From the NCBI GenBank assembly GCA_963735805.1, contig CAVTMK010000004.1, positions 1 to 64,000 of the forward strand: 64,000 bases of DNA. The letters are read 5' to 3'. The position numbers and the translations under genes were made by a program. The DNA comes from an uncultured Verrucomicrobiae bacterium. GTDB taxonomy: Bacteria; Verrucomicrobiota; Verrucomicrobiia; Chthoniobacterales; UBA10450. The notes beneath the pieces are model-generated. The model was not told the origin of the DNA. It searched no databases and saw only the letters and a program-made list of their open reading frames with translations. The first letter of the stretch is position 1. Each line of letters opens with the position of its first letter. This document shows positions 32,006 to 41,905 of the stretch, piece by piece.

Positions 32006-32893
32006 TTATAATTTGGCGTAAACGCCCAACAAAGGACGGCGTGACGGCGTTTTTGAACGGAAATCGCTAACGAACCCGTCTCGGGTGCGGAGTTCAACGT
32101 GGCCGACGCTGCGCGAAGTGCCATACACGAGCACGGAACCGACTGGTGCCGAGAACGGATCTGACACGGGAAGTCTCTTGAATCCGTAATTGCTGACGAG
32201 CTCTGCTGCAGCATCTCTGGCGAGCTCGGTTTTCGGGCGGGAATCGATCACACCGGAGGCAAGCAATGCGTCCTTTACGTAATGCCAGCATCTCGAGCGC
32301 GAATGGGCATGGGCGCGTTCCTGCGCGATGGTGGCAGCCTGCATCAATCTGCCGTCGATGTGCCGATCAATCTTGGCATATGGGTAAACGATCTGGTTGG
32401 GATAATACTGCGTTATGACCGGAACGGATTCCTTTTTGCCCCCCGGGCTCTTGAAGCTAAACCGCGAATAGGGTTGTGTTGTATGGCTTACGGGTTGTTG
32501 GCCCATCGGTCGGACTGGCTCTATCGCAAAAGTTCGCTCCGACTCTTTGGCGATTGCTTGCGACGGCTTTTTCGTCATCGCTTCCGTCGGTTCTTTGGCG
32601 GCTGCATGCGTAGGCTCGTTGGCGACCACTTGTGCCGCCTCTTTGTTGACCGGCGATTTCGGCTTCCTTGAGTTCGCGGAGTTTCGCTTTTTCGTGATCG
32701 CTTTTATCGGCTTCTCCGGAGTACTCGGTGCCGACTTCTGCGTGATCACCTGAACCATGTCGTCCGCTTTCTTTTGGTCGTGACTCGCGAGATCCAACGT
32801 TGAAGGAGCCAACCCCTGCGCATCAAGAGCTGCGCCGGAAATGACAAGAAGCGATGCAGTTGCGAATGCCCAAAGGGCAGGTCGTTTCCCCAC
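32006..32893 (-). CDS. Secreted protein with repetitive linker and C-terminal Cys/His hydrolase-like (CHAP/NlpC-like) domain
   Basis: Signal peptide; RCWHYVKDAL ... GSVLVY ... GHVE ... FVSDF. Confidence 0.6.
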   Translation of the reverse strand: MGKRPALWAFATASLLVISGAALDAQGLAPSTLDLASHDQKKADDMVQVITQKSAPSTPEKPIKAITKKRNSANSRKPKSPVNKEAAQVVANEPTHAAAKEPTEAMTKKPSQAIAKESERTFAIEPVRPMGQQPVSHTTQPYSRFSFKSPGGKKESVPVITQYYPNQIVYPYAKIDRHIDGRLMQAATIAQERAHAHSRSRCWHYVKDALLASGVIDSRPKTELARDAAAELVSNYGFKRLPVSDPFSAPVGSVLVYGTSRSVGHVELRTRDGFVSDFRSKTPSRRPLLGVYAKL

Positions 32894-33035
32894 GAAGGCG
32901 AGGTTATGCCGGGAATCGTGCCGCTAGGCAAGCTTTTTTTTTGGTTTTTTAAGACGTTTCAAGAGCCAAAAAACAGGTCTGTCGGAAAGCAGCCAATATA
33001 TCTCTAGCGTCTCGCGCGCATGCCTTCTAGCAGAG

Positions 33036-34733
33036 CTAATCGTCGGGAAAATAATCCGGCCCGAATTGGGGTGGAGGAGCAAAGATTTGATCGCGCTGGA
33101 TAATAGTCCGGCGGTGCCTGCGTGGAACGAATTGATTTTCTCCCGAGTCGGGCGTGACGACCCTGGTGCGACCCGACGGCAAACGATAAATCAGCCTTCC
33201 ATCTGAGGTAATTCCAACCATTCGGACACGCACCGAACCCTGGCGAGGCGACGATGTCGAACCAACGCGTTTCTTTTTGGTGCGCGAACTCGACTGACCG
33301 GTTGTGGCCGGTTGTGCAGTCTCGGAGCTCTCTGGGGATGCCGCAGGCGCTTCGCCCTCAGCGGTGCCGTTTTCCGGAACCACGCCCGGAGAAGCGGCCG
33401 CCAAAGCGTTCGCCGTAGCGGCGGCCTCCGGTTGCCCGTTCGATACCTGAGACTGTTGTTGGTCCGGGGATGCGGTTTGAGAGGAATTCGGGACTGACCC
33501 GCTCTCGGGTGTGGGTTGGTTCGCTATCGCCAGCGCTGAATTTGCGGCTTGTGATAGCACAGTCGCAGGAGCAACTGGCGGCGAAGCATTTTGGATTGCT
33601 GCAGGGGTTGGTGAAGATTCGGGGACGCCAACTAGAACGCCAATCGACTTTGTCGCGTCAGGCCGGTGCAAGATTCCGCCAATCGACTCCGGAAACAGGA
33701 CAGCGGCAACCACCGCAGCAGCCAAGACGAGCGCGCCAAACGCCAGTGCCGTTCGCAGTAAACGCCGCGGTCGAGGCTGGGCCGGCCGTGGAATCGTTGT
33801 CCTGAGCGGGATGCCATATCGATCGGCCAGTGCGAACCGACGTTCAATCTTCAACAGGCAACTGCGAATCATCTCTCCAAGCACCACCAAATCCTTAGGA
33901 CGTCGATCGGGCTTGGGGTGCAGCATCAAAGAAAGCAAGTTGCGCAATGGTTTTGGAAATCCCGATAGCTTGGGAGGGTGCCGGACCGTCTCAACGGAAA
34001 GCGCGACGCCGGTCAGGAGAAAATACATTGTCGCGCCCAGGGAATAAATCTCCCAACGAACATCCTCCGTTCTCTCCTCTCCCATGGTCTTCCTGGATTC
34101 AGCGGTGAGAGACTTCACCGTGGAAAGCGGCGAATCATGTGATACTGCATCCTTTGACTCGGGTTCGCCCGGCCGGCTGGGAAGCGAGGCTTCGGCCTTC
34201 GGCGAGGTCTCGGGGTCTGTCCTCAGTCCGGTCACGCCGAAATTCGTTAACTTTATCAGTGGCCACCCGCCTTCGGGAGTCTGTCCCGGCACAACAAAGA
34301 TGTGGGAGAGGTCAATGGGCGGATACGGAAGCTTGTGGAAACTGGCGGAAGAGAACACGCTCACGATTTGTTCCGCCACGCGTAACGTGGCATCAGCCGC
34401 CATCGGACCGTGCTGAGCGACCCACGCAGCAAGCGTTTCGCCCAGCGGTCGCTCCGAGGCGTAAACATAATTTTCGCCTTCGCGTCCAAAGTCGAAAACC
34501 TTGGCAATATTCACGTGGCGCAGCCTCTGAACGGCGCGCGCCTGCTCTTCGAACCGCTCTCGGAGCGCAGGGTCGATGCTTTCCACCGGAACCAGCGTTA
34601 GGGCAACCGGTTCACGGGATCTTTCATCCACAGCCTCGTACGCAATTGCCTCGCCGTCTCGGCCGAGTTCGTTTGGCGTGGCATCAGAGCCTAGACAAAT
34701 GCGATAGTGTTCAAGGAAAATCGTGCGCGCCAT
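33036..34733 (-). CDS. Membrane-anchored protein-kinase-like protein with degenerate catalytic motifs (pseudokinase)
   Basis: LRHVNIAKVFDFG, EIYSLGATMYFLLTG, PDRRP; TM helix; low-complexity C-terminal region. Confidence 0.8.
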   Translation of the reverse strand: MARTIFLEHYRICLGSDATPNELGRDGEAIAYEAVDERSREPVALTLVPVESIDPALRERFEEQARAVQRLRHVNIAKVFDFGREGENYVYASERPLGETLAAWVAQHGPMAADATLRVAEQIVSVFSSASFHKLPYPPIDLSHIFVVPGQTPEGGWPLIKLTNFGVTGLRTDPETSPKAEASLPSRPGEPESKDAVSHDSPLSTVKSLTAESRKTMGEERTEDVRWEIYSLGATMYFLLTGVALSVETVRHPPKLSGFPKPLRNLLSLMLHPKPDRRPKDLVVLGEMIRSCLLKIERRFALADRYGIPLRTTIPRPAQPRPRRLLRTALAFGALVLAAAVVAAVLFPESIGGILHRPDATKSIGVLVGVPESSPTPAAIQNASPPVAPATVLSQAANSALAIANQPTPESGSVPNSSQTASPDQQQSQVSNGQPEAAATANALAAASPGVVPENGTAEGEAPAASPESSETAQPATTGQSSSRTKKKRVGSTSSPRQGSVRVRMVGITSDGRLIYRLPSGRTRVVTPDSGENQFVPRRHRRTIIQRDQIFAPPPQFGPDYFPDD

Positions 34734-34900
34734 AACCGTGTCTCTTTGACCCCAGCAGCGAGAGAATCATACTCGTCCCGCCGCCCCGAGATTCAACCTC
34801 GATTTTGCCAGCGAGTTGCTCGGCACAATCCTGGTCACGCCTCGAATTTTGGACGTTGCGCTTAAATCGAAAATCGCGAATCTAAAATCCCATATCGGAA

Positions 34901-34974
34901 TACCCCGTGGTGTAACGGTAACACAGCGCCCTTTGGAGGCGTTATTCTTGGTTCGAATCCAAGCGGGGTAGCCA
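34901..34974 (+). tRNA. tRNA-Gln (anticodon TTG)
   Basis: TACCCCG/CGGGGTA acceptor stem, GCGCC-CT-TTG-GA-GGCGT anticodon arm, GGTTCGAATCC T-arm, encoded CCA. Confidence 0.96.
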
Positions 34975-35039
34975 CGTAAATCCGAAAGCCTTCGCGTTCG
35001 CAAATCCTTTAAATCAGCGTATATTTCGGGTTCTTCTTT

Positions 35040-35804
35040 ATGAAGGAACTCAATATAGAGAAACTCCACATTTCTGTGGGCGATCAGGAGATCGTGCGCG
35101 GGCTGAATCTTCGCGTCCCACGGGGCGAGGTGCACGCGCTCATGGGTCCAAATGGTTCAGGAAAAAGCACGCTGGCCAAGGTTCTGGCTGGTCACCCCGA
35201 TTACCATGTTACATCTGGCAAAATATTGATGGACGGCGAGGACGTTCTGGAACTTGAAGCGGACGAACGCGCCCGGCGCGGCCTTTTCCTGGCCTTCCAG
35301 TATCCAAGCGAGATTCCAGGCGTCACCATCGCCAATTTTCTTCGCGCGGCATTACAATCACGCCTGCCCGAAGGCGAAGAGCTTGAGGCAACCGATTACT
35401 ACGCGAGGCTTTACGAAAAAATGGAGTTGCTTGGGATGGACCGGTCGTTCACGTCGCGCGCGGTTAACGAGGGTTTTTCCGGCGGTGAAAAGAAGCGTAC
35501 CGAGATCCTGCAAATGGCTATGCTCGAGCCCAAATATGCAGTGCTCGATGAGACCGACAGTGGCCTGGATATCGACGCGCTCAAGACCGTAGCGCATGGG
35601 GTAAACTCATTGCGCGGGCCCGATCTTGGCATACTGTTAATTACGCACTATCAGCGCCTCCTGAACTACATCGTACCTGATCACGTCCATGTGATGGTAG
35701 CGGGGCGAATCGTTAGAAGCGGGCGGAAAGAACTCGCTCTCGAGCTCGAAGAGAGAGGTTACGATTGGGCGCGCGACGGTGCGACTGAGCCAGCATACAG
35801 ATAA
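35040..35804 (+). CDS. sufC: Fe-S cluster assembly ATPase SufC
   Basis: [43 protein letters not shown]. Confidence 0.96.
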   Translation: MKELNIEKLHISVGDQEIVRGLNLRVPRGEVHALMGPNGSGKSTLAKVLAGHPDYHVTSGKILMDGEDVLELEADERARRGLFLAFQYPSEIPGVTIANFLRAALQSRLPEGEELEATDYYARLYEKMELLGMDRSFTSRAVNEGFSGGEKKRTEILQMAMLEPKYAVLDETDSGLDIDALKTVAHGVNSLRGPDLGILLITHYQRLLNYIVPDHVHVMVAGRIVRSGRKELALELEERGYDWARDGATEPAYR

Positions 35805-35822
35805 ATAGGGGGTAAATTCACA

Positions 35823-37232
35823 ATGAAAACAGAGTCTTCTGCAGTCGATATTAATCGCAACATCGGGGATTTCTCGTATCCGGAAGCTCACGTGCGCGAT
35901 GCCGGCGCCGGCCTGAGCGAACGCACCGTTCATTACATTTCAGACGTCAAAGAAGACCCGGATTGGGTGCGTGAGTTTCGCCTAAGGGGGCTCAAGACAT
36001 TTTTGGAAAAGCCACTCCCGACACATTGGGCTAGCAAGGATCTCGAAGCGATCGACTTCGACAAAATTCGCTATTACCTATCCCCTGGGACTGAGGCCAA
36101 GCGCAGTTGGGATGAAGTGCCGGACGACATCAAGCGCACATTCGAGCGTCTTGGCATTCCCGAGCAGGAACGAAAATTTCTCGCCGGCGTGGAAGCGCAG
36201 TTCGACAGCGAAGCCGTCTATTCAAATATCAAGAAGGCGGTCGGCGAACAAGGTGTGATTTTCGTCGGATCGACAGAAGGACTAAAGGACTATCCGGAAA
36301 TTTTCCGGAAATGGTTCGGCAAAGTCATTCCGATCGCCGACAACAAATTTAGCGCGCTGAACTCCGCTGTGTTTAGCGGCGGGTCGTTTATTTACGTACC
36401 ACCCGGCGTGAAAGTGAAGCATCCGCTGCAGGCGTACTTCCGCATCAATGCTGAAAATTTTGGCCAGTTCGAGCGCACACTCATCATCGCTGATGAAGGC
36501 TCGGAGGTGACCTACATGGAGGGCTGCACGGCGCCGAAGTTTAATACTCCCACATTGCATAGCGCCGTCGTCGAATTGGTTGCGCTAAAGGGAGCGAAAA
36601 TTCAGTACATCACCGTCCAGAACTGGGCGTCGAATGTGTTCAATCTTGTCACCAAACGTGGTCTTGCTCACGAAAACGCAGAGGTGAAATGGATCGATTG
36701 TAATATCGGTTCGCGGCTCACCATGAAATATCCCGGCGTGATTATGAAGGGTCGCAAGGCGCGCGGCGAAGTACTTTCCATCGCGCTCGCCAATGACGGG
36801 CAGCATCAGGATACGGGCGCGAAGATGATCCACGCGGCAGACGAAACAACCAGCAACATCATTTCCAAATCCATTTCTATCGGAAAAGGCCGGGCCACGT
36901 ACCGCGGATTGGTTCATGTGCCGAAGCATCTGAAGAATTGCAAAAACAACACCGAGTGCGACGCCCTGCTCATCAACGCGACTTCGCGCACAGACACGTA
37001 TCCCGCGATCACTGTGCGCGGGACGGGTAACGCTGTTCAACACGAAGCCAGCGTCAGCCAGGTGAGCACAGAGCAGATCTTCTACATGCAACAGCGCGGC
37101 CTGACCGAAGCGCAGGCGATGAGCTTGAGCGTCAACGGTTTCGTCAACGATCTCGTCCGCCAATTCCCGATGGAATATAGCGTTGAGCTCAAGCGGCTAA
37201 TCGAGCTGGAGATGGAAGGCTCGGTCGGTTGA
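35823..37232 (+). CDS. sufB: Fe-S cluster assembly protein SufB
   Basis: [26 protein letters not shown], end LEMEGSVG. Confidence 0.96.
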   Translation: MKTESSAVDINRNIGDFSYPEAHVRDAGAGLSERTVHYISDVKEDPDWVREFRLRGLKTFLEKPLPTHWASKDLEAIDFDKIRYYLSPGTEAKRSWDEVPDDIKRTFERLGIPEQERKFLAGVEAQFDSEAVYSNIKKAVGEQGVIFVGSTEGLKDYPEIFRKWFGKVIPIADNKFSALNSAVFSGGSFIYVPPGVKVKHPLQAYFRINAENFGQFERTLIIADEGSEVTYMEGCTAPKFNTPTLHSAVVELVALKGAKIQYITVQNWASNVFNLVTKRGLAHENAEVKWIDCNIGSRLTMKYPGVIMKGRKARGEVLSIALANDGQHQDTGAKMIHAADETTSNIISKSISIGKGRATYRGLVHVPKHLKNCKNNTECDALLINATSRTDTYPAITVRGTGNAVQHEASVSQVSTEQIFYMQQRGLTEAQAMSLSVNGFVNDLVRQFPMEYSVELKRLIELEMEGSVG

Positions 37233-37296
37233 TCCCGTACCCGCGCAGGTGAGCGTAATCATAGGACGCATGAGCCCTGGGTGTCCTATTTATTAA

Positions 37297-38628
37297 ATGA
37301 CCAAGAACGAAACAGCGACAATCGAGAACCAAGCCGCGCCGATTCTTTCCGGCCCAGGTGAGGTACGCGAATTCCCCGATTGGTTCGGTGATCAACGGCG
37401 CGCCGCTTGGAATCAATTTGAGTCATTGCCCCAGCCGACACGAAAAGATCAGGCGTGGCGATTCGCCAATGTCGGTCTTCTCGATCTAAGTCCGTTCAAA
37501 TACGGTGGTCCATTAACTGACAACGAGCGCGCGGCTATTCTCGAGCAATCGAGCGGACTCGAAAACGTAGCTGGGCGTATGATTTTCGCTGGTGACGAGC
37601 TTCTTGAGCGTGACGTGGTTTCGGATCAGCTGAAAAAGCGCGGCGTCATTTTCCAACCGCTTGAGCGGGCAATGATTGAGCACGCGGACTTGTTCCGCAG
37701 ACATTTCATGTCGCAGCCGGCAAAGCTTGGATCTGCCAAGTTCGCGGCGCTGCACCAAGCTTTAGTTTCGTCAGGGACGTTCCTTTACGTGCCTCGAGGG
37801 CTCGAGATTGAGTTGCCAATAGAGATTTTTCATTGGCTAACTGGTGAAAATACCTCGGCGTTCCCGCATTTACTACTGGTGACCGACGAGTTAGCTAAAG
37901 TTACCGTGATCGAACACTTCCGCTCCGTGAATGAACACGCGTCGGGTTTTGCGTGCGGAGTAAACGATCTCGTCGCCGGCCCCGGCGCGAAGGTCACGTA
38001 CGTGTGCGCGCAAAATTGGGCGGACAATGTCATCGCACTACAAATGAACTCGACCACGGTCGATCATGATGCTTCGGCTGTGAGCCTGAATTTGCATCTC
38101 GGTTCGCGATACTCGCGCTTCGAAAGCTTAAGCCGACTCATCGGCGAAGGCGGCCGCAGCGATCTGCTCGCTGTGGCGGTTGCCAAACATCAGCAGGAAT
38201 TCGATGCGCGCACATTGCAGGACCATGTCTCGCCGCATACGGCGAGTGATCTCCTTTACAAAAACGCCCTAGACGATCGCGCCCGCACCATCTTCGGTGG
38301 ATTGATCCGAGTGGAGCCGCACGCTCATTTCACCGATGCATATCAAAAAGTTCGCAATCTTCTGCTAAGCGATGACGCGGAAGCCAACTCAATGCCCGGC
38401 CTCGAAATTCTCGCCGACAACGTCCGTTGCACCCATGGAGCCACCTCCGGTCAGATCGACGAGGATGAGCTCTTCTATCTTCGCACGCGCGGTATCCCTG
38501 TGCCGGTGGCCCAGCGCCTCATTGTGACTGGCTTTCTGGATGAAGTCGTTCAGCGTCTCGATCATCCAGCGATAGCCGGGCATTTGCATCGAATGATCGA
38601 AGAGAAATTTGCGAAAAATCGCGATTGA
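37297..38628 (+). CDS. sufD: Fe-S cluster assembly protein SufD
   Basis: PGLEILADNVRCTHGAT, LFYLRTRGI; follows sufB. Confidence 0.93.
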   Translation: MTKNETATIENQAAPILSGPGEVREFPDWFGDQRRAAWNQFESLPQPTRKDQAWRFANVGLLDLSPFKYGGPLTDNERAAILEQSSGLENVAGRMIFAGDELLERDVVSDQLKKRGVIFQPLERAMIEHADLFRRHFMSQPAKLGSAKFAALHQALVSSGTFLYVPRGLEIELPIEIFHWLTGENTSAFPHLLLVTDELAKVTVIEHFRSVNEHASGFACGVNDLVAGPGAKVTYVCAQNWADNVIALQMNSTTVDHDASAVSLNLHLGSRYSRFESLSRLIGEGGRSDLLAVAVAKHQQEFDARTLQDHVSPHTASDLLYKNALDDRARTIFGGLIRVEPHAHFTDAYQKVRNLLLSDDAEANSMPGLEILADNVRCTHGATSGQIDEDELFYLRTRGIPVPVAQRLIVTGFLDEVVQRLDHPAIAGHLHRMIEEKFAKNRD

Positions 38629-38677
38629 ATCGCGGATCTCTGTCCCGCGAAAGCGGCATGCAAAGTAAGAATATTTG

Positions 38678-39583
38678 TTATCTCACCGTTTCACGGTTTG
38701 TATTCAGCTCGAAATTAATTTTTACGTCGTAGTGATCTCCCTTAATGAGTCCGCTCGGTGGGGAATCAACTTCAGTCACTCGTTTCGCAATTGCCGCGAC
38801 TGACTCGTTTACCACGACATTTTCGGAAGGCTTGATGATTTCAAACCTGGAGACCTGACCATTTTTGTCGATTCGAACTCTTACAAGCGTCGAAATCCTG
38901 ATGCCCGAAGCGACTGTAGTCGTCGGCTGGATCCATGCACTGTAGAAACGATCGTGCAGCATGTTGCCGTACCATCCAAATTCCGATGCGTTACTTCCGC
39001 TGCCTCCACTGGCACCCTTACCCATCGAACCTGTTTTCCCACTGCCGCTGACGGATGACGATTTAGTGTTCGCGCTAACGGTTTTCTGACTCTTCTTTTT
39101 CTCATTACTCGCGGCGGTTTGCTCTTCCTTGGGTTTTGGCAGACTCGACTTGGGGCGCGCCGATGATTTCAACGTTTTCGCTGGCACGGTTTTCCTCATC
39201 ACCTTCGGAGGTGGCTGCGGCTTTGTTGCGGGAGTCGCTGCTGGTTTTGGTGTGGGTTGCGGTGTCGCCAAATCGATTTCGCTTTTTGCTTGAGTTAAAG
39301 ACGCCCGCTCTTTTTCCGCCTCCTCCGGCTTCAATTGTTCTGGCTCAATAGAGGGAGCCGAAATCTTTGCTGATGACGAGGTACCCTCTGACTTTTCGGC
39401 AAGCAGATCCTCCGCTCCGCTCAACCAAACCAAATTTTGCGCATCGGGCGCGCTTCGCGCTTCCGAGCTCCAGCGAATCAACCCTGCGATCAGCGCGACA
39501 TGCGCGAGGGCGATTAGCGTGACGTTTCGCCAAAAACGCCCGCTGGCCACGCCGTACTTACGCGAAGGCGGGTTCGTAGACAT
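38678..39583 (-). CDS. TonB/TolA-like energy transducer
   Basis: N-terminal TM with His, Lys/Pro/Ser-rich linker, TonB-C-like domain; follows exbBD. Confidence 0.82.
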   Translation of the reverse strand: MSTNPPSRKYGVASGRFWRNVTLIALAHVALIAGLIRWSSEARSAPDAQNLVWLSGAEDLLAEKSEGTSSSAKISAPSIEPEQLKPEEAEKERASLTQAKSEIDLATPQPTPKPAATPATKPQPPPKVMRKTVPAKTLKSSARPKSSLPKPKEEQTAASNEKKKSQKTVSANTKSSSVSGSGKTGSMGKGASGGSGSNASEFGWYGNMLHDRFYSAWIQPTTTVASGIRISTLVRVRIDKNGQVSRFEIIKPSENVVVNESVAAIAKRVTEVDSPPSGLIKGDHYDVKINFELNTNRETVR

Positions 39584-40000
39584 CTACTTCGGCTCTGCTT
39601 TGGTGGCGATGCCGACCTTGGTAATTTGGGCCTCCTTTAGTGCATCCATCAGCACAATCAATTTTTGCACGGGCAAATCGCGATCGGGCCGAATCACGAC
39701 GGCTATGTCTGGATTTGTCTGTTTCAATTCCGTCAGTTGCGCGGTGAGCGCTTTCAAATCGATTGCCTGATTGTTAAATCGAATCGTGTCACTGCGGTCG
39801 ATGGAGACGATTTGCACTTGTGCTGACTTGATCGGCGGATTTGTCGCGCGGCTGGATGGGATCACCAGGTTCATACTGCTTTCCAGCAGCGGCGTGGTGA
39901 TCATGAAAATGATGAGAAGGACGAACGCCAGATCGAGCAGCGGCGTTATATTAATCTCGCTCAGCGTGGAAAGGCCCTGGCGTTGTGAGTAGCGTCTCAT
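39584..40000 (-). CDS. exbD: Biopolymer transport protein ExbD/TolR
   Basis: EINITPLLDLAFVLLIIFMIT. Confidence 0.9.
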   Translation of the reverse strand: MRRYSQRQGLSTLSEINITPLLDLAFVLLIIFMITTPLLESSMNLVIPSSRATNPPIKSAQVQIVSIDRSDTIRFNNQAIDLKALTAQLTELKQTNPDIAVVIRPDRDLPVQKLIVLMDALKEAQITKVGIATKAEPK

Positions 40001-40755
40001 CGGCGAAATGTCGATTCACGCGAACTGTGATCGACGTATTTGTGCTCGAATTCAGAAGCGAGTTCAGCCGCAAAATTATCCATCTCCACGATGATCCCGC
40101 GAATGCTGGTAACGAGAAAGTTGTATCCGAACATCGCGGGAATGGCGACGCAGAGCGCGGTGACCGTGGTAATGAGCGCACCTGAAACGCCGGGCGCCAT
40201 GGAGACGAGGTTCGGCGACCCGGCTTCGGCCACGCCGGTGAATGCATCCATTACGCCCCATACCGTGCCGAGCAAGCCGAGAAAGGGCGAACCGCTTACC
40301 GCAGTGGCCAGCAAGATCATCTGCGACTCGAGCGAAAGCGCTGTTTCGCCCACGGCTCGTTCCATCGCCGCGTTCACGGCGCCCATTTGTGCTGGCGAAA
40401 TCTTATCAGCGATCTCGAGCCGCGCGCGAAACGTGTCGTCCACCTCTGAAGAACCAAGCAAATGAAATGTCATTTCCTCGCAACCGGCTCGATATACGTT
40501 GAACACGGGCGATCCCGGAAAGCGCGCGTTCTTTTCAAGCAGACGCAGCGGTTGTCGATCCTGTCGAAATGCCGCGAGAAAACGCGCGTTCTGTTTTCGC
40601 GCAAAGCGGATTACACGCAATTTTGTGATCATGATTGACCAGCTGAAAATGGAGGCAACGGCAAGCAGAGTGAGAACGAGCTTGCCTGCGATCGTCGCGT
40701 GATCGAACGCAAAAAGGAGACCCCCGCCGGTTGCTAGCAGTGTCGCAAAGAGCAT
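39997..40755 (-). CDS. exbB: MotA/TolQ/ExbB proton channel protein
   Basis: PFLGLLGTVWGVM, APGVSGALITT, AIPA. Confidence 0.88.
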   Translation of the reverse strand: MLFATLLATGGGLLFAFDHATIAGKLVLTLLAVASIFSWSIMITKLRVIRFARKQNARFLAAFRQDRQPLRLLEKNARFPGSPVFNVYRAGCEEMTFHLLGSSEVDDTFRARLEIADKISPAQMGAVNAAMERAVGETALSLESQMILLATAVSGSPFLGLLGTVWGVMDAFTGVAEAGSPNLVSMAPGVSGALITTVTALCVAIPAMFGYNFLVTSIRGIIVEMDNFAAELASEFEHKYVDHSSRESTFRR

Positions 40756-40799
40756 TTCCGCGTCACCGGCATAAGTAATAACGCCGTTTTAAAGAAACG

Positions 40800-41738
40800 C
40801 TACTTGTCATTTCGACCTATCGGAAACGTGGGTCGCATTTTTGCCACGGCAATAAACCCAAGACCAATCGCAATGAGGAAAAATGAAAAGAACTGTCCGC
40901 GTGTAAAAGCACCGATCAATGTTGCATCCGGTTCACGGAAATATTCAATTACGATCCGAAAAATCGCGTAACAGACGAAAAATAGTCCCGTCAAAACGCC
41001 GTTGGGCTCACGTCTGCGCGTCCGTACGAACCACAAAATTGTAAACAGGACAATGCCTTCAAAAAAGGCCTCGTAAAGTTGTGACGGATGACGCGGCAAA
41101 AGGATTGAGCGCAATGCGGTAGCCACTTGTGGCTGGCTGCGAACGGCATTTACAATTGCCTCGGGTGTGGTGAGCGACGGATCGATTCGGGCGCACGCCG
41201 CCACTGCACGTTCGGCTTCCTGGGGGTGATCGAAAAGTTCCTTGGGGAATTGCATCGCCCAGGGGATCTTTGTCATCCGCCCGTAAAGCTCACCGTTAAT
41301 GAAATTGGCGCAGCGCCCGAAGAACAAACCGATCGGCGCGGTGACAACCAAATTGTCACCCAGATTTGTCCACGAGATTTTGTGGCGGTGCGCGTAGTAC
41401 AAAGTGAAAAGCAAGAGGCCAAGCATTCCGCCATGGCTGGACATGCCGCCTTCCCAGACGCGCAAGATCGACAGCGGCTCCCGCAGCATTTCGGGCTTAT
41501 AAAAGAAAACGTATCCCAGACGTCCACCGATGATCACGCCGAACAACGCACAGCCGGTGATGAAATCGCCCACTCGTTGGGGCGACAGATCAGCAAACCC
41601 GCGTTTAGCCAGCCAAAGGAGAAGGAGATAACTGGCGATAAATGCGAGGACGTAAGCCAGGCCATACCAGCGAGGGCCAACATTGTCGTAAAACCGGAAA
41701 ATTATTGGATCGAGATTGTGCAGGTAATACGCGAACAT
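40800..41738 (-). CDS. lgt: Prolipoprotein diacylglyceryl transferase
   Basis: RWYG, GGRLGY, WEGGMSSHGG, GRCANFINGELYGR, RHPSQLYE; start set at MFAYY. Confidence 0.95.
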   Translation of the reverse strand: MFAYYLHNLDPIIFRFYDNVGPRWYGLAYVLAFIASYLLLLWLAKRGFADLSPQRVGDFITGCALFGVIIGGRLGYVFFYKPEMLREPLSILRVWEGGMSSHGGMLGLLLFTLYYAHRHKISWTNLGDNLVVTAPIGLFFGRCANFINGELYGRMTKIPWAMQFPKELFDHPQEAERAVAACARIDPSLTTPEAIVNAVRSQPQVATALRSILLPRHPSQLYEAFFEGIVLFTILWFVRTRRREPNGVLTGLFFVCYAIFRIVIEYFREPDATLIGAFTRGQFFSFFLIAIGLGFIAVAKMRPTFPIGRNDK

Positions 41739-41788
41739 TGGTTCGCCGACTGTTACCGATGTCCGCGATACCCGCAATCAAAACACCG

Positions 41789-41905
41789 CTCATCCCGAAC
41801 GAAAGTGAAGTACCTCCGAGATCGCACAACGGCCGTACAAGCGATAGTTCCACGATCGATCAGCAAGTGTGAGATGCTTGGCCCTTTGCGTGGATCAGCA
41901 CGACA
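41789..41905. repeat. Degenerate GTCATCC-family palindromic element overlapping the uvrA stop
   Basis: Left arm ctcatcccgaacgaaagtgaagtacctc; right arm gagatgcttgg...tcagcacgaca. Confidence 0.55.

Noticed and set aside
34901..35040. Genomic island integrated at tRNA-Gln
   Set aside because: No integrase and no duplicated tRNA 3' end seen; housekeeping sufC follows directly
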